Part shown: positions 63,169-64,000 of the stretch, in pieces
How the letters are laid out: each line of letters starts with the position of its first letter
Position numbering within the stretch: the first letter of the stretch is position 1
Assembly: GCA_027310755.1 (NCBI GenBank)
Contig: DAIDAE010000001.1
Span: 23,103-87,102, forward strand
DNA length: 64,000 nucleotides
Direction: 5' to 3'
Source of the DNA: Candidatus Micrarchaeaceae archaeon
GTDB lineage: Archaea; Micrarchaeota; Micrarchaeia; Micrarchaeales; Micrarchaeaceae
Translations under genes and position numbers: made by a program
The notes under the pieces: generated by a model
What the model saw: the letters and a program-made list of their open reading frames with translations, nothing else
Database searches by the model: none
Told to the model about the DNA's origin: nothing

Positions 63169-63762
63169 TTATACTACCTTCAATGACAGCGTTGCCATCT
63201 TCACCGTGTACCATGGGTTTGACCCGCCCGGGGCAGAGCCCTGCGTGGTGTAGTTAAGCCATAGGTATCCGCTGAACGACTGGCCTATTGTCGCCGTCCC
63301 TGACAATGCCGGGCTGAGCGCGCTTCCCAAAGCCACTCCAGTCGAGGTGTAGCATGGCAAAGTGGATATGCTAAGCGTCTGTCCGCTCACGATTGCGTTG
63401 TAGCTCAGGCCTACTGTGTTCGCCTGTGCTACTCCAGCCGTAGATATTGGCGAAAATGCAGCCATGTTTGCCGGCAATCCTGTTGATCCGGACGTTGCGG
63501 CACATGCCATCTCAATATCATATATCGAGCTCCCTGTATTCTGACCGAATTGGAATGAAAGCTCACCGTTCGAGTTCAACGCAGGACCAGAACATAGATA
63601 CCCTGGAGAGGCGACGCAGGCTGTTCCCACGAGGGAACCTCCGCCGAAGACTCCTAGGGAAAACAATGCTCCCAGAACCACAGCTATAATCAATATAGCC
63701 CATCCGTAGGTCATCAAGTATTCCATAGCGCTCTGCGCTTTTGGGTTTTTTCTTCCTAACAT
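63169..63762 (-). CDS. Archaeal type IV pilin-like protein (class III signal peptide), paralog
   Basis: MLGRKNPKAQ/SAMEYLMTYGWAILIIAVVLGALF. The C-terminus NPWYTVKMATLSLKVV parallels the neighbouring pilin. ATG 63762 chosen; the track start 63915 adds 51 non-pilin residues. Confidence 0.75.
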   Translation of the reverse strand: MLGRKNPKAQSAMEYLMTYGWAILIIAVVLGALFSLGVFGGGSLVGTACVASPGYLCSGPALNSNGELSFQFGQNTGSSIYDIEMACAATSGSTGLPANMAAFSPISTAGVAQANTVGLSYNAIVSGQTLSISTLPCYTSTGVALGSALSPALSGTATIGQSFSGYLWLNYTTQGSAPGGSNPWYTVKMATLSLKVV

Positions 63763-63932
63763 GATTTCACCGAATTCTCGAATAATACTAAAAAAGCAAT
63801 ATATATAAACCTTTACTAATCGGCGGTAGTACATGATAAACGGAAGTTTCCAACGCAAAACCAGTAGTGGCCCGTGCGGCACGGATTGAGAAATAATAAA
63901 TACCTTAACTGCCACTTTCCATCCGTGTTTCT

Positions 63933-64000
63933 ATGAAGGAAGATCTCAATCCGTTTAAAATAGCGCAGCAGCAGTTGGACAACGCCGCTCAAATAATGGA
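63933..64000 (+). CDS. Glutamate dehydrogenase, N-terminal fragment (runs off the window)
   Basis: MKEDLNPFKIAQQQLDNAAQIM resembles the usual GDH N-terminus (NPF..A..QL..AA). Only 22 codons are visible. Confidence 0.4.
   Translation, partial: MKEDLNPFKIAQQQLDNAAQIM

Noticed and set aside
1-64000. Genome-wide UGA reassignment as an explanation for the in-frame TGA in the IS481-like transposase
   Set aside because: TGA terminates conserved genes at their expected ends (for example metG at 10350, EF-1beta at 49715, glnA at 37929), so TGA is a normal stop codon here.
1-64000. CRISPR arrays, rRNA genes, inteins and a reverse transcriptase/retron
   Set aside because: I saw no regularly spaced direct repeats. 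No rRNA-like conserved stretches were recognised by eye. MCM, thermosome, Lhr and Rad50 have uninterrupted motif spacing, so no intein. No RT motifs are present in any ORF. This was a visual scan only, so short or degenerate elements could have been missed.

Overview
Archaeal chromosomal segment. The evidence is a thermosome, MCM, an archaeal-type ProRS ending in Tyr, aEF-1beta, ribosomal proteins L10e/L14e/L34e, Dph2, DTD2, class-III-signal pilins and an intron-containing tRNA-Trp. Genes are tightly packed with many stop/start overlaps. This suggests a small-genome archaeon, possibly DPANN/Micrarchaeota-like or Thermoplasmata-like, but I cannot verify taxonomy without a database. I support about 70 protein genes and 2 tRNAs. 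I see no rRNA and no CRISPR array. Most of the window is housekeeping: replication and repair (MCM, Mre11, Rad50, Lhr-like helicase, SSB), translation (MetRS, ProRS, AlaX, DTD2, EF-1beta, r-proteins, Dph2), nuoABCD, glnA, fni and uppP. There are also many N-glycosylation-sequon-rich surface proteins with an N-terminal signal and a C-terminal TM anchor. Accessory or unusual content: (1) a four-gene co-directional surface module (54.4-59.7 kb) next to ftsZ, containing a MinD/ParA ATPase, which is my best candidate for an undescribed surface-structure system; (2) a tnpB-only IS200/IS605-type element with covarying end hairpins that ends 3 nt before the rad50 start codon, preceded by a Zn-ribbon/PIN toxin-antitoxin pair; (3) a complete IS481-like element with TGT-initiated inverted repeats and a 15-bp target duplication, whose transposase carries a single in-frame TGA; (4) a frameshifted MTAP gene; (5) a half-size IDI-2-like ORF coupled to fni; (6) a HAD/proline dehydrogenase/ProRS/Trbp111 overlapping operon; (7) a tRNA-Trp intron with box-C-like repeats. 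All functional calls come from motif recognition by eye. No searches were run.
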